Assembly: GCA_002633005.1 (NCBI GenBank)
Contig: NMRA01000384.1
Span: 101,504 to 165,503, forward strand
From: Phoronis australis
Taxonomy: Eukaryota > Animalia > Phoronida
Direction: 5' to 3'
Length of the DNA: 64,000 bases
The notes beneath the pieces were generated by a model. It was not told where the DNA came from, did not search any database, and saw nothing but the letters and a program-made list of their open reading frames with translations. The position numbers and the translations under genes were made by a program. Shown here in pieces: positions 51,602 to 64,000 of the stretch; the stretch's first letter is position 1, and each line of letters opens with the position of its first letter.

Positions 51602-52691
51602 TTGGTTGTGTGCTCACTGACACTAGTATAGTAATCATGGTCAACGAGGTTGATATCTGAGGCTTTGTGCGTGATCAGTTGTGTAATGTTGTTTTAGAAA
51701 TTAATGTCTACATCGTGTGTTGTGAAGTGGATGTTTTCATGACTAGTCAAGTCCATACTGTAGTCTTGGTCGAAAGTTTTTGTGTCTAAAGTTTGTACCT
51801 AGTAAATTGTTGTTTAATTAATATTCTCTGCTGTCCTTATTCTTCTGTTTTTGTTGGATTTGCTTACATATTTTTGTCGTTTTCGGCTCCTTGCCCATTT
51901 TCTGTCCAGTCCCCTTTCATTGCATTCTATCTTCATGTATGTGATGATAGTTTTCAATGCCTTGCTGCTGTTAATCTAACCAACTGTATTTACATTGCAC
52001 GTGTGAAGTGGATATTGGTGTTTTTTGTGTGTATGGGTGGGTGATGAGAAATATTTCACTCAGGTGTTTGTACACTGTTAGACATGTTTTTGTCACTCGT
52101 TGTCTAGTCTGGTCTCATATCATTTTCACACGCCTAGGTATTAATTGTTATGCATTATTTAGATATTTATGTGACCTCCTGCTGATGACAGTTGGGGGGG
52201 GGGCAACACGCGAAAGGCAATATCACTTTTTTCAGTTGAGAACAGATTGGTTCTTTGTCCAACACTAGATGGAGCACCTGTTTCATGTGTTTTCTGGCTT
52301 TATGTGATCTACTATTTAAGTTCATACAACCTGCTTATAATGGGGTCAAAAGTGGATATCAAGATCTCCCCATTGTTTTTGTTATCTCAATACACTGATA
52401 TACGATATACGATATACGAGATGCTGACATCATACACTGACTAAGGTGAAGACAGTCCCATACAGGAGTCTTTCAATGGAATTGTATGCTACTCTTTGGC
52501 TAACAGAGAGTCTTTAGGTAATGATCAAGGGAAATAGCAGAATTGTAGCGACTGTTGCTGCAGCTACCAAAATGCACATCGACTAATCAGCGCAGGTGTT
52601 GTGCTCTCAAGCTCTGTCTGTGCTTAACCCCCATTACTAAGGTTTTGGGGTTAGAGCTCCGTACTACTGCTTGGAAGACCTGGGTTCAAAA

Positions 52692-53192
52692 CAGGCCTTT
52701 ATCCAGGATTTTGAAAATAGGGTGTCCAAAATGGGGTTCCCAATATTCGAGGGCGTCCTTGATTCCGACGCGTAACCCCCCACCCCCAGCAATACCAGCA
52801 AACACACAGATTTTTACAAAAAAATGCATAGATCAAGGTTTTTACATCTAAGTTTATAAAACAGCCTTCTATGGTGTGCATTTTTACTAAAAAAACTGTG
52901 TAGACCAAGACTTTTACAATGCTGTCAATCAAGTGTCAAAATAGCAACAATGCATATACTTTGTATATACATTGTATATTTCTTCCTGCTTTGAAAAATG
53001 AGCCCCCACTGTGAGCCTTCAGAGGCTTCCTAGTATTCATTACAATGTGTGAGTCCACACTTGAAAGGTTCCTATTGACAGTGGGTGTCCAAATGATACA
53101 TTGGGTGTCCTTGCCAGGGCGTCCAGATTAGTGCTAGGGCGTCCAGATTAGTGCTAGGGCGTCCATTTGGACCTACGCTGCATAACGGCCTG
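52692..53192. mobile_element. hAT-type MITE inserted in a putative tRNA-derived SINE
   Basis: TIR caggcctttatccag / ctgcataacggcctg; perfect 8-bp TSD gttcaaaa (52684-52691 and 53193-53200). Confidence 0.8.
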
Positions 53193-53884
53193 GTTCAAAA
53201 TCCTGGCTTCACTGGCTAACATTCGAGCATTGCACAATGGTGTCTCCTATTCCTCTGAGTTCGGTCTTACTTGTGAATATGTGCAAGGAAGTGAATAAGA
53301 ACCTGGATGTAATGCGAAAGCAATTTCCGGGGCTGTGCTAAAAAACCCATTACTTTATATTATATTGTTGTTCATAATAAACATTTAAAAAATATCAAAG
53401 GTGTCGTCTGTTGGCGCTAATCGTCTAGGTTGTTTATTTATAGAACGTGTTGCTGAGCTATTGCGTTGGTCTGTAAAGAATTGTCTATTTGTCTGCTTGT
53501 GACTTATAAAATCATGATTTATGAATGTTTAACCTTGGTCCTATACCTTTAAACTGTGAAGGTGTTGTAAGGGCAAGAGAATGCAGACATTTTATTTTGG
53601 AAGATTTTATTGGTACTCATCAATTGACCACATTACTTGTAGAGGCAATGTTGGTCCTCATTTGAGTTTTACAGCAGTTTATAAAATTATATGAATGTCT
53701 GGTGAACAGCACCGACTGGTCTCAGGGTGGAGAAACAATCGATAGGTTGGACCTAGGTCTAGGAGCAATATAGAACAAATAAGTGCAGACAGCCTGTTTC
53801 ACGGTGTACCAGATGTGCGCAGACCCCTCATGTGGGCCCATTGCACCGATCACCTGGAACCATTTTTTACGATTATAAATTTAC

Positions 53885-54018
53885 GGTAATACAGTTAAAA
53901 TCAAGCTGATGATCTAGAGACCTGACTCGGGTGTTAAGCATTGTGCCACAGTGGGACTCGAACCCACGATCTTGAGTAAAGGAAGTTAACTCTTTTCCCA
54001 CTAGGCAACACTGCCTCC
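53885..54018 (-). mobile_element. tRNA-derived SINE
   Basis: On the - strand, GGAGGCAGTGTTGCCTAGTGG...GGGTTCGAGTCCC (A and B boxes), followed by a non-tRNA tail shared with the 31.3-kb copy. Confidence 0.7.
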
Positions 54019-57000
54019 TGCTAGGAGAAATATGATCAGGAGCTTTTGTCTTTTGACTGAAGCCAAAAGTTATAACTTGACTATAAGTAGCCAAATTTAT
54101 GTCTTCTTGCATTTCTTGAAGTGATGTGCCTTGGTTTAATCCAGCAGACTATGGATCTCTGTCTTGTCTTCAAGATGTAGACAGATTTTCTAACTTTCAC
54201 ACATAGCCAGATTTTCATGAAACAGGATAACCCATCCATTCAATGATTTTTTAACAGAACACAAAAGCCAATAGATTCTTTAAGAACAGGCCACTGTACC
54301 ATGAAGTGATAGTTTTTGAACCGTTATTTTTAGAATTTGAAGTAGTCATGGACACACCATAGCAAACAAAAATAAATTTGGAATTTGCACAAGGGGTTGG
54401 ACTCTTCGAGAAACGAGTCCTTGTTCTTTGCCCGTAGGGTCCACAGAGGCTCGTATTCCAAGCTTGGACTCTAAATACTTGTATTTTTGATGTTTTTTGT
54501 TTTACTCTGATTTGGACTTAAGATTAATTTCTTTGGTTTTGTGCTTAAGACTAGGTTAAATTTTGATTGAAGCTGATAAGTAAACATTACAAGTTTGCTC
54601 TCAGAAGCAAATAATTTCCAGTCTAAATTCTTAATGGGATTTCAAGTTTAAGGTTGTGTAATAGCTTACTCATAAGTCTATGTATTTAATCAAATATGTA
54701 CAAAAGTATTGATTTTCACTCAGTAAACTGTACATGTTTTCTGAAAGTAGAAAGCCTGTATAATTTGATTTTTGGATTTTGGCTAGTCTGCCATGATTTG
54801 GGTCACGTAACAATTTAGAAAAAAAATTAGAAAAATTTAGCAAAAGAAGAAACCTAGACTGCGTGCAACGCAGAATCAATGACATGAACAAATTTCATTG
54901 GGTACAAATGTTGACGATGAATTCTCTAAAACACTGTTACTTTTTTCAAATAATCATTTCTTTTCATTTTATGGGATTTTTCAATTTTTTCATGAAAATC
55001 ATTAAGTCATATTTTTGATAGCCTCTCAAGCAAAAGTGGAAGATTTAAAAAATAATTCCTTACAGTTTTGAAGAACACTACATAAAGCATAGCATCCAAA
55101 AGTTTCATTCAAATCCAATCGACCATTTCTGAGATATGGTGTTCCGAATTTAGCCGCATACAAGGTTAAAGTTTTATAACTGATGAAGAGGCAGCAGCTG
55201 CAGACTTTATTCGTTGTGTGTATTAACCACTGGGTAAATAACGATATACTTGAAAGCACTGTGAGAGGCACTTATCTTGGGTTCATACTTGTTCAAAGTC
55301 CCACGCAATGGTACATTTATCAAGCTGAACACAGAGACTAGAATACGTAAGCCAAGTTAGTGGTCATTTTGTTCAACCAATTGTTCAACCCCGTTTGGTC
55401 CGTGGTTATATTCTGCCTTATTAGGAACTAACTCAAAACCAAAACGAGGGGTTCCACCCCGAAACATGGTCCAGATCAACGGTTTTCAAAAAATGGAGGT
55501 TTCTGAGTAAAGGATGGTCATCCTTCAGTTCTTTTGCACAAAAATAATTGGATCCCGGTAAATTATCACCAATTTAGGACGCGGTTTGGTGGACAGGTGA
55601 AATTTTTATTTTCTCCTTTTTGCATAAATGATAGGTGGCACCAAAATGATGCCTGAAAAAAAAATGAAATAAAAAATGATGCTTTGCCCTGTTCAAGTTC
55701 TGTGTGCCATAGCTTACCTACAGACAATATTCACCACAATTTTGAAGCCCTTGGAAATGAAAAAGTTCTCTTATGGCAATTATTGTCGGCTTTTGTCACC
55801 CAAATTAGAGAGCCAGAGATTTTACTGTAAAATTTTCTTGATAGTTACTTTTGCAAAGAGATTTGACGAAATAAAATTATGTTTGTCTACCATGCTGTGT
55901 GCGAAGTAGATGAAGACTGATTGTATTTACGTAATTTGGAGTTTTATTTGGGAGATTGGATTCTGAACCTGTCTATCGGATGTTGTAGTACTACGTGACG
56001 ATTAGTGAACAATTTTGAACTGTATTGCTCAAGGTCGGATCTTGTACCAATGTTTTAGACATAGGCAAATATCCTCTGTCCCAAATACAAGAATTATGAC
56101 CAGTGACAACTGTTCAGTTGCCTTGACATTAAACTCTATGGGGAAAACATGTCATCGGCTATTTCCAAGAATTTTATGAGTTATCCAGACTATTTTCAGA
56201 CTCATGATTCGAAACCGATGATGAATGCCAAAACCGCCCATGTTTTGTTCTTCGGATATCTGAATCAAGAAAATGCTATTTCAGACTGAATTTCGGTGTC
56301 TCGAATTTTAGAGACTGTCGCACACTGTAGAACTTTGGTTTTACTTCTCTAATTGTGATTCTCTTGCCCAGGTTAATTTTGGAAATCATTTGGGAATTTT
56401 GCTATTAATTATGCTATTAAGTTTTCCTTTATCAAGCCAATGCAGCCTTTAAATTATTGTCGAAATTCATTTCATGAGCAAATCAACTTTCTGAACACAT
56501 CTAAGTTAAAAATCAATGGTCTGCCACAATCCGTCATGTTGATGGCATTCATAATTATTTGCTAGGGAACAGTATGTAGATGACTTGCTGGGATTTAATT
56601 GTCATGACTGGCAGTGAAAATGTGATCAAGACCATACAACAACCATTGAAGAATGGATTGATTGATAGAATTTCGCGCGGCTTGTCTATATCCTGTCTTT
56701 CTCATTCCTTCATTTGACGTGTCATGAATTGTCGAAGAAATGAGCATTAAATATTTTATATCTGTATTGTAATGACTAGGGATTGCTGTGTTTTGTTTTG
56801 AGTAATCGCCACATCCAGCTTGAGCTCTCCCTGGGCAAGTTTTGCTTACTTGTGGCAGGTTTGAAAACCCATGCAATGAGTTCAAAATATAGAGAGATTG
56901 CCGTTTTCTTAGGCAAATGTGCAAATTTTTAACTTTTGATTCCACATCAATGCATTTGTTCCAAGTTTAAACACACTAACATGCCACCACACAGACATGG

Positions 57001-57699
57001 CCTTTTGTTCATGATCATGAATTCAATAGTTCTTGTTGAGTTTTAATGTTCTGTTGTAGAAAAGATTGATTAGAATACAAAATGACCATGCCATCCTCCT
57101 GACTAACTCATTGCACAATGCTGTCAGACAACATTACGAAATAAATCGTTTTGATATGTCCTCTCTCCACCAGAAATGCTCAGTGCTTAGCTAATGCTGT
57201 CTCAAAATCTGCATATCCGTCTGCTCCAAGGAGATCCGTCTGCTCCAAGGCAGTAATGAGGTAATCCTGTCTGAAAATTTACACATTATCTTCATCTCCC
57301 TTGAGAGTGATGAGCAACCTCGTTGCAAAACCTACATACACCTAATACACGCAGTCGCCATATTACAAAGAGCCTCCTTTTAGGTTTTAGATACAATGTA
57401 TTCCGCGCTTAATCACAGTGCAAAATTGGATTTTTTGGCTACCTTGTTACATTTCTGTCTCTAATGCATTGTTTTTTAAACCTATAGAGGCTCATTTTTA
57501 AAATGGCGACTGCGTGAAGAGGGTCAAAAGGGCAAAATCTCACCAGCGTAGGACACAATATGGCTGACAAGTGATATTTTTATACTCTTGTTTTTCCATA
57601 AAGGATTTGTTGCCTCAAATAGATGCTTTTGAATGTTTTAAGTTCTGTTCAATGGCTTTCACTAGGTGATACTTTGAAAACTTGTGGCCTTGTTTGAAG

Positions 57700-57903
57700 C
57701 AAGGCTTGGAATGATCAATGACAAACAAAAATGAGGAAAAATTTCCAGGTGATGTATCGTTACATAAATAAATTGGCATGTGTGATAGAAGTATACAGTT
57801 ACGCACGAGTAGAGTAAAAATAATGATAATAACCAAAAAAGAGAAAACTGGTCATCAAATTAGAGGAAATCGAAACCAAAAAAGAAGGAAATTCCAAGCC
57901 CTG
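57700..57903. mobile_element. CAGGG-ended MITE, family A (short type, inverted)
   Basis: caaggcttggaat ... attccaagccctg; flanks ttgaag/tagaag. Confidence 0.75.
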
Positions 57904-58957
57904 TAGAAGGCCTTGAAAAGAGAAAAAAAATTTTTTTGGATATTACATTTAGACCATGGAATCATTGAAAGTACGATGCATTTTTGTTGAGAGATTTGAG
58001 AAAGTTAAATTCCTCGTTTCTGCTGTATTTTGTGCTGACTCGTTAGCTCAGATACGAGTCCAGTGCTGCTCCTTTTCGTACATATCGCATACGGCAATTC
58101 TCCACTGATTTTGCACAAATACAGTTGCCAATATTTTTTCAAAGGCTTATTAGTTTGATACCAATAGTCGAAACTACCATTTTGATAACTACACAGTACA
58201 AACTACCCAGCAATAGACTAGAATTGTGGAACGTGCATGCTGAATCCTTATCTCTGTGATTGCTTCGTCAAATTAGTTAGAAAAACAACATGTATTGATA
58301 TATTGACGATGTGAATGTGAAGCAGGATGAAAATTTCCAAATGTTTTTAAGAGCAGTTTTGTGTCGAAAATGATCCGCCATAAATCACTCGACCGTATCG
58401 TGGCGCGGTGTTGGGAAATAGCACTGCTTTATGGGACTATGTGAGCTCCCAAGGTACGTCTCATTAGTGCAAAGGTCACCTATTTGCAAAATTTTTTGTT
58501 TTCACTTTAACAAGTTGTCGATCAATACAAGTGCACTTCATTTAGCGTAGATGATGTTCAAATAGTATTGTTGTTTAGTACCAGCTACATATTAGCATAG
58601 TTAGAAGCATTCAAACACATCTTTAGTCTTTATAAATTTGACAAAATAGAATTTCACTTCAGTGCCCTTGTCCATCTAAGGGAAAGGTTGCCTGTCCTTT
58701 CTTAGAGGGGAATATTTTGTGGGGGGGGGTAGAATTCTACCTCATGATCACCATCAATAGCACCCCCATCCTGTTGCAAGCTCTCATAGGCTCTGCCTCA
58801 AGTAGCCCTTGTTCTCTGTCAAATTGTTGCTATCACTTGAGAGGAATTTTTGGACATCAGGAGGGGAATTTTGTGTGATTTTTCAATATTTTGCAGAGGG
58901 GCATGGATCCCATATTTGGCCCCAGTATCGACGGATTGAGGTCTGAATTTCGTGTGA

Positions 58958-60111
58958 TTTTTATGCGCCCACATATTTATATGTGGTCGCATATTGCCGT
59001 CATCTCTGTCTGGGCGTCAGGGCATCCGGCATTTGCAGCTGTATCTCCTAAACCCCTGACAGGATCTTGATGAGATTTGGCATGTACGTTCCTGTTAAGC
59101 TGACGACAAAAGATGACAAATTTTGGACCTCTCCAACAACAGGTGTGCCCCCTTATTTTTTGCGCTCACCTCTGTATCTTCGGAGGTCCTCAACGTATTT
59201 TCACAAAATTAGGAATATAGGCATCTTTTAAAGAGATGACACTATCCTCTCATTTTCAGATGGATTCACCGTAGTTTGCGCCACCTAGTGGCCATTTTTA
59301 CTGTTTTCGAGTCCGTTTTCTGACGCCTACCTTTCTATTAACCAAACTGCTCTGAGGATGATTGTGAAAAATGGCATGTATGTTCTTACTATGAAAAATA
59401 TGACTGATGATGATTTTCCGACGACTTCGACTACTCTGGCGCCTCCTAGTGGCAGTTTTTTTTGCACCCATGACTTTATCTCCTGAATGGTTTGCAGGAT
59501 CTTTATTAAATTTAGCAAGTGTATTTGTATGATGTTGACAACGGACGACGACGATATTCGCAGGGATGGGACTACTGGTGCTCCTCCTAGTGGCAATTTT
59601 AGTTTTTTACATTTACCTCCGTATCTTTAAAGGTCCTCAAGACATTTTCATAAAATTTGGGCCGTAGCTCTCTATTAGTGAGATGACGCTATCCTACCGT
59701 TTTTGGATGGATTCAAGGTATTTTGCGCCATCTAATGGCTATTTTTATTGTTTTCGAGTGCTTTTTGTCATCCACCAGTCTATCAACCAAACCATTCTTA
59801 GGATGATTTTGAAAATTGGCGTATATGTTCTCAGTGTGAAGAGAACAATTGAGGATGACGACGTCGACTACTGTGGCGCCTCCTAGTGGTGGTTTTGTTT
59901 TGCGCCCATAGCTGCATCTACACCGTAAGCCCATTGCGGGATCTTTATTAAATTTAATACGTGTATTTACGGGAAGCTAACAATAGATGACAACTTTGAG
60001 GTGGATACTGTTCTTTGTCAGATTTTTATGAAATTTAGTAAATAGCTTTCTATTGAAGAAGCGATGGCATGTTCCATTTGCAGATGGATTGGACGTTTTG
60101 CACCATCTAGT
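58958..60111 (+). mobile_element. Helentron/DINE-like (HINE) repeat with an internal higher-order tandem array
   Basis: Starts in a T-run with a hairpin (atgcgcccacata...tatgtggtcgcat) and a short ctgtctgggcgtc tract. Then about 150-bp subunits with a period of about 445 bp (59170 vs 59617, 59333 vs 59779). Confidence 0.55.
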
Positions 60112-60112
60112 N

Positions 60113-60647
60113 TGTTATTTCTTCCGTCATCTGCAAAGTTCCCCTGCACAATGTCACCATAGGCTTCGTGTTCATTCTTAACTGCAACTTGCAACGCCTC
60201 ACGTCCCTTGCCAACGGTTCCGCTGCCGAAAACGAAAAATGTCCGGAAAATATCAGTTTTTTCAGCACCCCAACTGGTCCGTATCTCGTTTCGGCGTTTT
60301 AAATTTTGCGCTCGCGATTTCACAACAAATACAAAGAGGAGGACGTTAGCTATGGAAAGGCGACACCTACCCAGATCTGCAGCAAGTATCGTATAATCTG
60401 CTGGGTACAGCGGTTTTAATCGTGGCTCTCGGCCATCTTTGATTTCCCTAACCGCATCCTTTACTTCATCCGATGGTGTCCATTTGGCATTGTGCACGGA
60501 AGCATCTGTCTTGCCATTACCATAACGAGGTTCCGCACACGGATCCCACTCTTTGGAGTAATCGTGCATGAATACAACGAGGTTGACACCAACAGTGACA
60601 AGGAATAGAAGGCAGAGAAACTTCTTCCGTCCCCTGCACCACTGCAT
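60113..60647 (-). CDS. Partial beta-1,3-galactosyltransferase-like (GT31) type II membrane protein, N-terminal half only
   Basis: ATG at 60647, then basic residues and a TM (KKFLCLLFLVTVGVNLVVF). GT31 motifs VVKS..N..RR.EIR.SWG, FFVFG and E...YGDIVQGNF.D. Homology stops at the single N at 60112, where repeat DNA begins; no DxD motif seen. Confidence 0.85.
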
Positions 60648-63569
60648 CAGACTATAGTCTGTGTATCGGTCCCTATCTCTCTCCACACAGATAAGGTTTA
60701 TGTTGTCTAAAAATTGCACACTGTATGAAGAGCCAGCTGATTAAAAACTATCTTCACAATCCCCGCTCTCCCTTTCACTGGACAAAATCAATGAGTCTCA
60801 TCAGGTGTTCCTGGATATTCATTGTGTTGAATCATTGTGTTGAACGGAACAGCTTGCACCATCTGACTTTAAACTGTGTCTTGGTCTCCCAGATACATCA
60901 TGTCCTGTAGAGGTATCCAGACATGATTCTGCAGAGGTATATTGCACAGATGTCCCTGCCTGTTAGGCTATATTCAACGTTTGTACTGTGTTCAGGTGTA
61001 TACAAGGGGTGTCAGCTATCCGTGGCATTTGCTGGAATATAAATGCATCATAGTTATTACTATTTCCAAGCAAAGCTATGCGTTCATGTTTTTTATACAT
61101 TATCCTCCCTTAGCAAATAGTACAAACACCTAACTGTACTGCTAATAATAGAAGGTATCCAAAAGAATTTTGTCTCATGGCGTCGACACAGTACAAACTA
61201 GGCTAGTGATGGGCTTATGTTTGATCTATGTTTTTGTTGTGAAATTTTGTCAAAATTGAAAAGATTGAGAGCAGAGAGCAACTCGTTAGCTTTGAGTGTC
61301 TAAGGGCCAACTCTCTTGCGTAATTACCAGGATGCATGCATTTCTATTGGTAAAGGACTGCGCCACCTAGTAATTTTTAAGTTTCACATTTGATTACCTT
61401 ATTTGAAAATCGTAACTTGTGTTTATTCACCCAATAATTCATTCAACATGGCTGACTTAGCTGAACCTGAACTATAGTTTATCATGGTTTTCAGCTTCGC
61501 CTCTTGGAAGTAAACGCTTGGACGGCTTACATCATTGTAGGCAGAAATCATGCAAATTTAGGACATAATATAGCAAATTATTATAATTTATGTTGTATTG
61601 TTTCATATAAGATTAATAGATTATCAGTTTCAAGGTTTATCATTTACGGAACCTTTTGTGCCTTGGGTTTCAGATTATAATATTTTAAAGGTAAAAGCAT
61701 TCCAACCAATGATTGATGCTCTTGAAAAATGTAATGAAGCAATTCTCACATTTTCTTGGCGAGATTTTACCGTATTCTAAACAATTATACCATGCCTGGT
61801 ACCTGCTAAGTAAGTTGAAAGGATACCTTACAATTTTTGATTGTCAGCCTGCACAAACTTTTCCTGTCACAAACACAAATTGTTTATTTTAGATCAAAGC
61901 TTTTGTTAGCATCCGATTACCACTGAATGTTGCCATATTTTTAGCCTATTTTATGTAAACTTCGTGGTGTGGACTGTATTTATTTGCTATTGCTTGATAG
62001 CCTGAGGATAGAAATTCAATGTTGATCTTCACTTGTTGGTAACTGCTGTAAGTGCTCTGTCCTAATTAGGTGGCATCTTGACAGAAACATGCAGAAGATA
62101 TTAATGTTTCATGATGGTAGTTTCAGTTTGAATACCCCTATGCCAGATTACATCACCACTACTAGTTAACCAAAGTCCTGTTTTAATGCTGACTTGGCAT
62201 TGGTTGGCTGATCTTGGTAGAGTTCAATAGATGTCGAGGCAAGAAAATCTAGTCAAAATCATGTGCCATCACTGATAAAGCACCGTTCACGAAATCTCGA
62301 TAGACCTAATGTTCTGCTAGCAGGACACTAAAGTCATTGACATTTCTCAGGCTCACCATGACAAGTTTATTCTCCCGAGTGATCTATTTAACTATAATTG
62401 TAATATCTCACCAACTTTAGACGCAATATTGCGGACAAGTGAAATTTTGTTTTCATATTTTTTTCATTCAAGGTATGTAGCATGAAAATAACACTTTACC
62501 GCATTCGAGTTCTGTACCCTAGCTACCTTGCGAAAATAATTTGAAAAAATGGGGAGATTCCCAACAATGTTAGAGGGGATTACCACAATACGTCTATACC
62601 GTCTACCAGTCTACCCTGTACTACTCAAATGAAAACAGTTGCAGTTCTTCATTTCAAATGTTCAAATGTACATCCCATCTGGATCACTGCTGTTGGATGA
62701 GCCATCTATGGCAGGTGTATTGTGTGATAGTACTGATACTTCAGGTGTGCACTGTTGTCTTAGACTAAACACAGTGTTCTACTGTCAAGATAAATATAAA
62801 ACTGCCTAAGAAAGAATTGATTCCCACCCCTTTGGGTTTGTTAGGTAAATAGCCTAACCTAACCATTACACTACAGTACACCCAACCTGGATGGCTAAAG
62901 ATGAATTGCCAATACTGCAGCTGTAGGGATAAATCACTGGTTTGTTTAACTGACGTGGTGATAAAACTGATATGGCTAAGCTCTCCTTGACAATGAGGTT
63001 GAAGGCTACAAAAATACTCTGCTACATTGATCATACTCACTGGCTCTGAGATTTTCCTCAATAATACTCCACACAAGGTCCGCCTGACTGCTCAGTAGCC
63101 TAATAAAGCAGAATAGCAGAAGCTGGTCTATGACCTCTAGGTGAGCTGTGACCTAGTTCTGTTTCCCTGACCAGTGCCCATAACTTTAGATTCACTGAGC
63201 ACAGTGTGATGATGACAAACACTATGGCATTACCAAGTGCATCTGTAATAGGTTTGATGAAATGTCCACTTTGATTTTGCACACCATATCTTATTGGAAT
63301 TATGGCATGAATAAGGAATGAATAGGCTGCATGAGGAAACATTTAATCAGCAGACTCTTTTAATCACTTATGGATTATCTCTTATTAAGCTGTCGATTAT
63401 TTGTCCAGGAAGCTTGTCAAATCTCATTTTTAATGAAAGTTGATGATAAAGATCAATTGTTTTTAAGGTATATTTTTGAATTACTAATTTCCCTTTAAGT
63501 GGAAGAAATCATCACCTGTTTTTAGGTACTAAGTATTTTTTTGGTTTTACTTGGTACTATTATCTCATT

Positions 63570-63927
63570 AGCTAAAAGCAATTCTTGGCCCATAGAGCTG
63601 CCAGGGCTATCCTGGGAACTAGAACTAGGGACACCCGGGTCGTCGACTTATACTCCAAGATTGGACTTATGAAAGTAAAACAAAGAAATAAATATCTCAA
63701 TGGCTTGGTTCCAACATATCTCAGCCGCAAATTCAGTAGCAGTCAAGCTATATACTCTACATGTTCTTCGGTTGCTGGTAATGTTCTTTCAAAAAATTGA
63801 AACCAAGACCGGCAATAGATCTTTTATTGATGTTGCTGCTGCTGCAATATGGAACTCTCTTAGCTCAGAAATTAAATGATCCGATTTAATTAATACTTTC
63901 AAACTTAATATTAAAAAGTGGCTGTAA
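63570..63927 (+). mobile_element. 3' end of an L2/CR1-type LINE ORF2 (degenerate)
   Basis: HRAARAILG...YLNGLVPTYLS...TKTGNRSF...AIWNSL...INTFKLNIKKWL, with frameshifts and a stop. Typical post-RT C-terminus. Confidence 0.8.
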
Positions 63928-64000
63928 TTTACTGAACCATTCTTACATCTTACCTGTCTTAATTATGTCATTTTTCATTACTGTAAATACTCTCATTATT

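Noticed and set aside
53943-54018. tRNA gene
   Set aside because: A and B boxes are present but there is no convincing cloverleaf, and it shares a non-tRNA tail with a second diverged copy, so SINE.
56372-56452. Possible terminal exon VNFGNHLGILLLIMLLSFPLSSQCSL (GPI-like tail) behind a good acceptor
   Set aside because: It needs the weaker phase-0 donor at 51027, and hydrophobic runs arise easily in AT-rich DNA. Unsupported without transcripts.
59160-60110. CRISPR-like regularly spaced short repeats
   Set aside because: Eukaryotic context, spacers are themselves homologous repeats, and there are no cas genes.
60018-60112. C-terminus of the 233-aa ORF as listed in the track
   Set aside because: Sequence beyond the N is repeat DNA, not glycosyltransferase. 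The listed start is also a non-ATG codon.
62746-62810. Phase-1 acceptor giving G-V-H-C, a possible continuation of EGF 23
   Set aside because: The following residues are not EGF-like and stop after about 20 codons; probably chance.

Overview
AT-rich, intron-rich animal genomic DNA, probably an invertebrate draft assembly (902-N gap at 9659-10560, plus isolated single N joins). The main gene is on the + strand. I rebuilt it by hand from splice signals and phase matching: 23 coding exons from ATG 5338 to at least 51009, about 1283 codons, encoding signal peptide - 2 Laminin-G domains - 23 tandem EGF repeats, mostly calcium-binding Notch/fibropellin type. Its 3' end is unresolved. The ORF track misses most of the LamG exons. 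Inside its 12-kb second coding intron, on the - strand, is a single-coding-exon 409-aa type I membrane protein gene (12032-13261) with a mucin stalk, TM helix, juxtamembrane Cys cluster and a tail with seven YxN motifs; it resembles a transmembrane adaptor and is the most novel-looking element. A truncated GT31 beta-1,3-glycosyltransferase lies on the - strand at 60113-60647. Introns hold many non-autonomous elements: Tc1/mariner MITEs, a CAGGG-ended MITE family with 6-bp TSDs, a hAT MITE, Kolobok-like elements, tRNA-derived SINEs, a Penelope GIY-YIG relic, an L2/CR1 3' end and a Helentron-like repeat with CTCF-like motifs. No rRNA, true tRNA or CRISPR was seen. All calls come from reading the sequence; no database searches were run.
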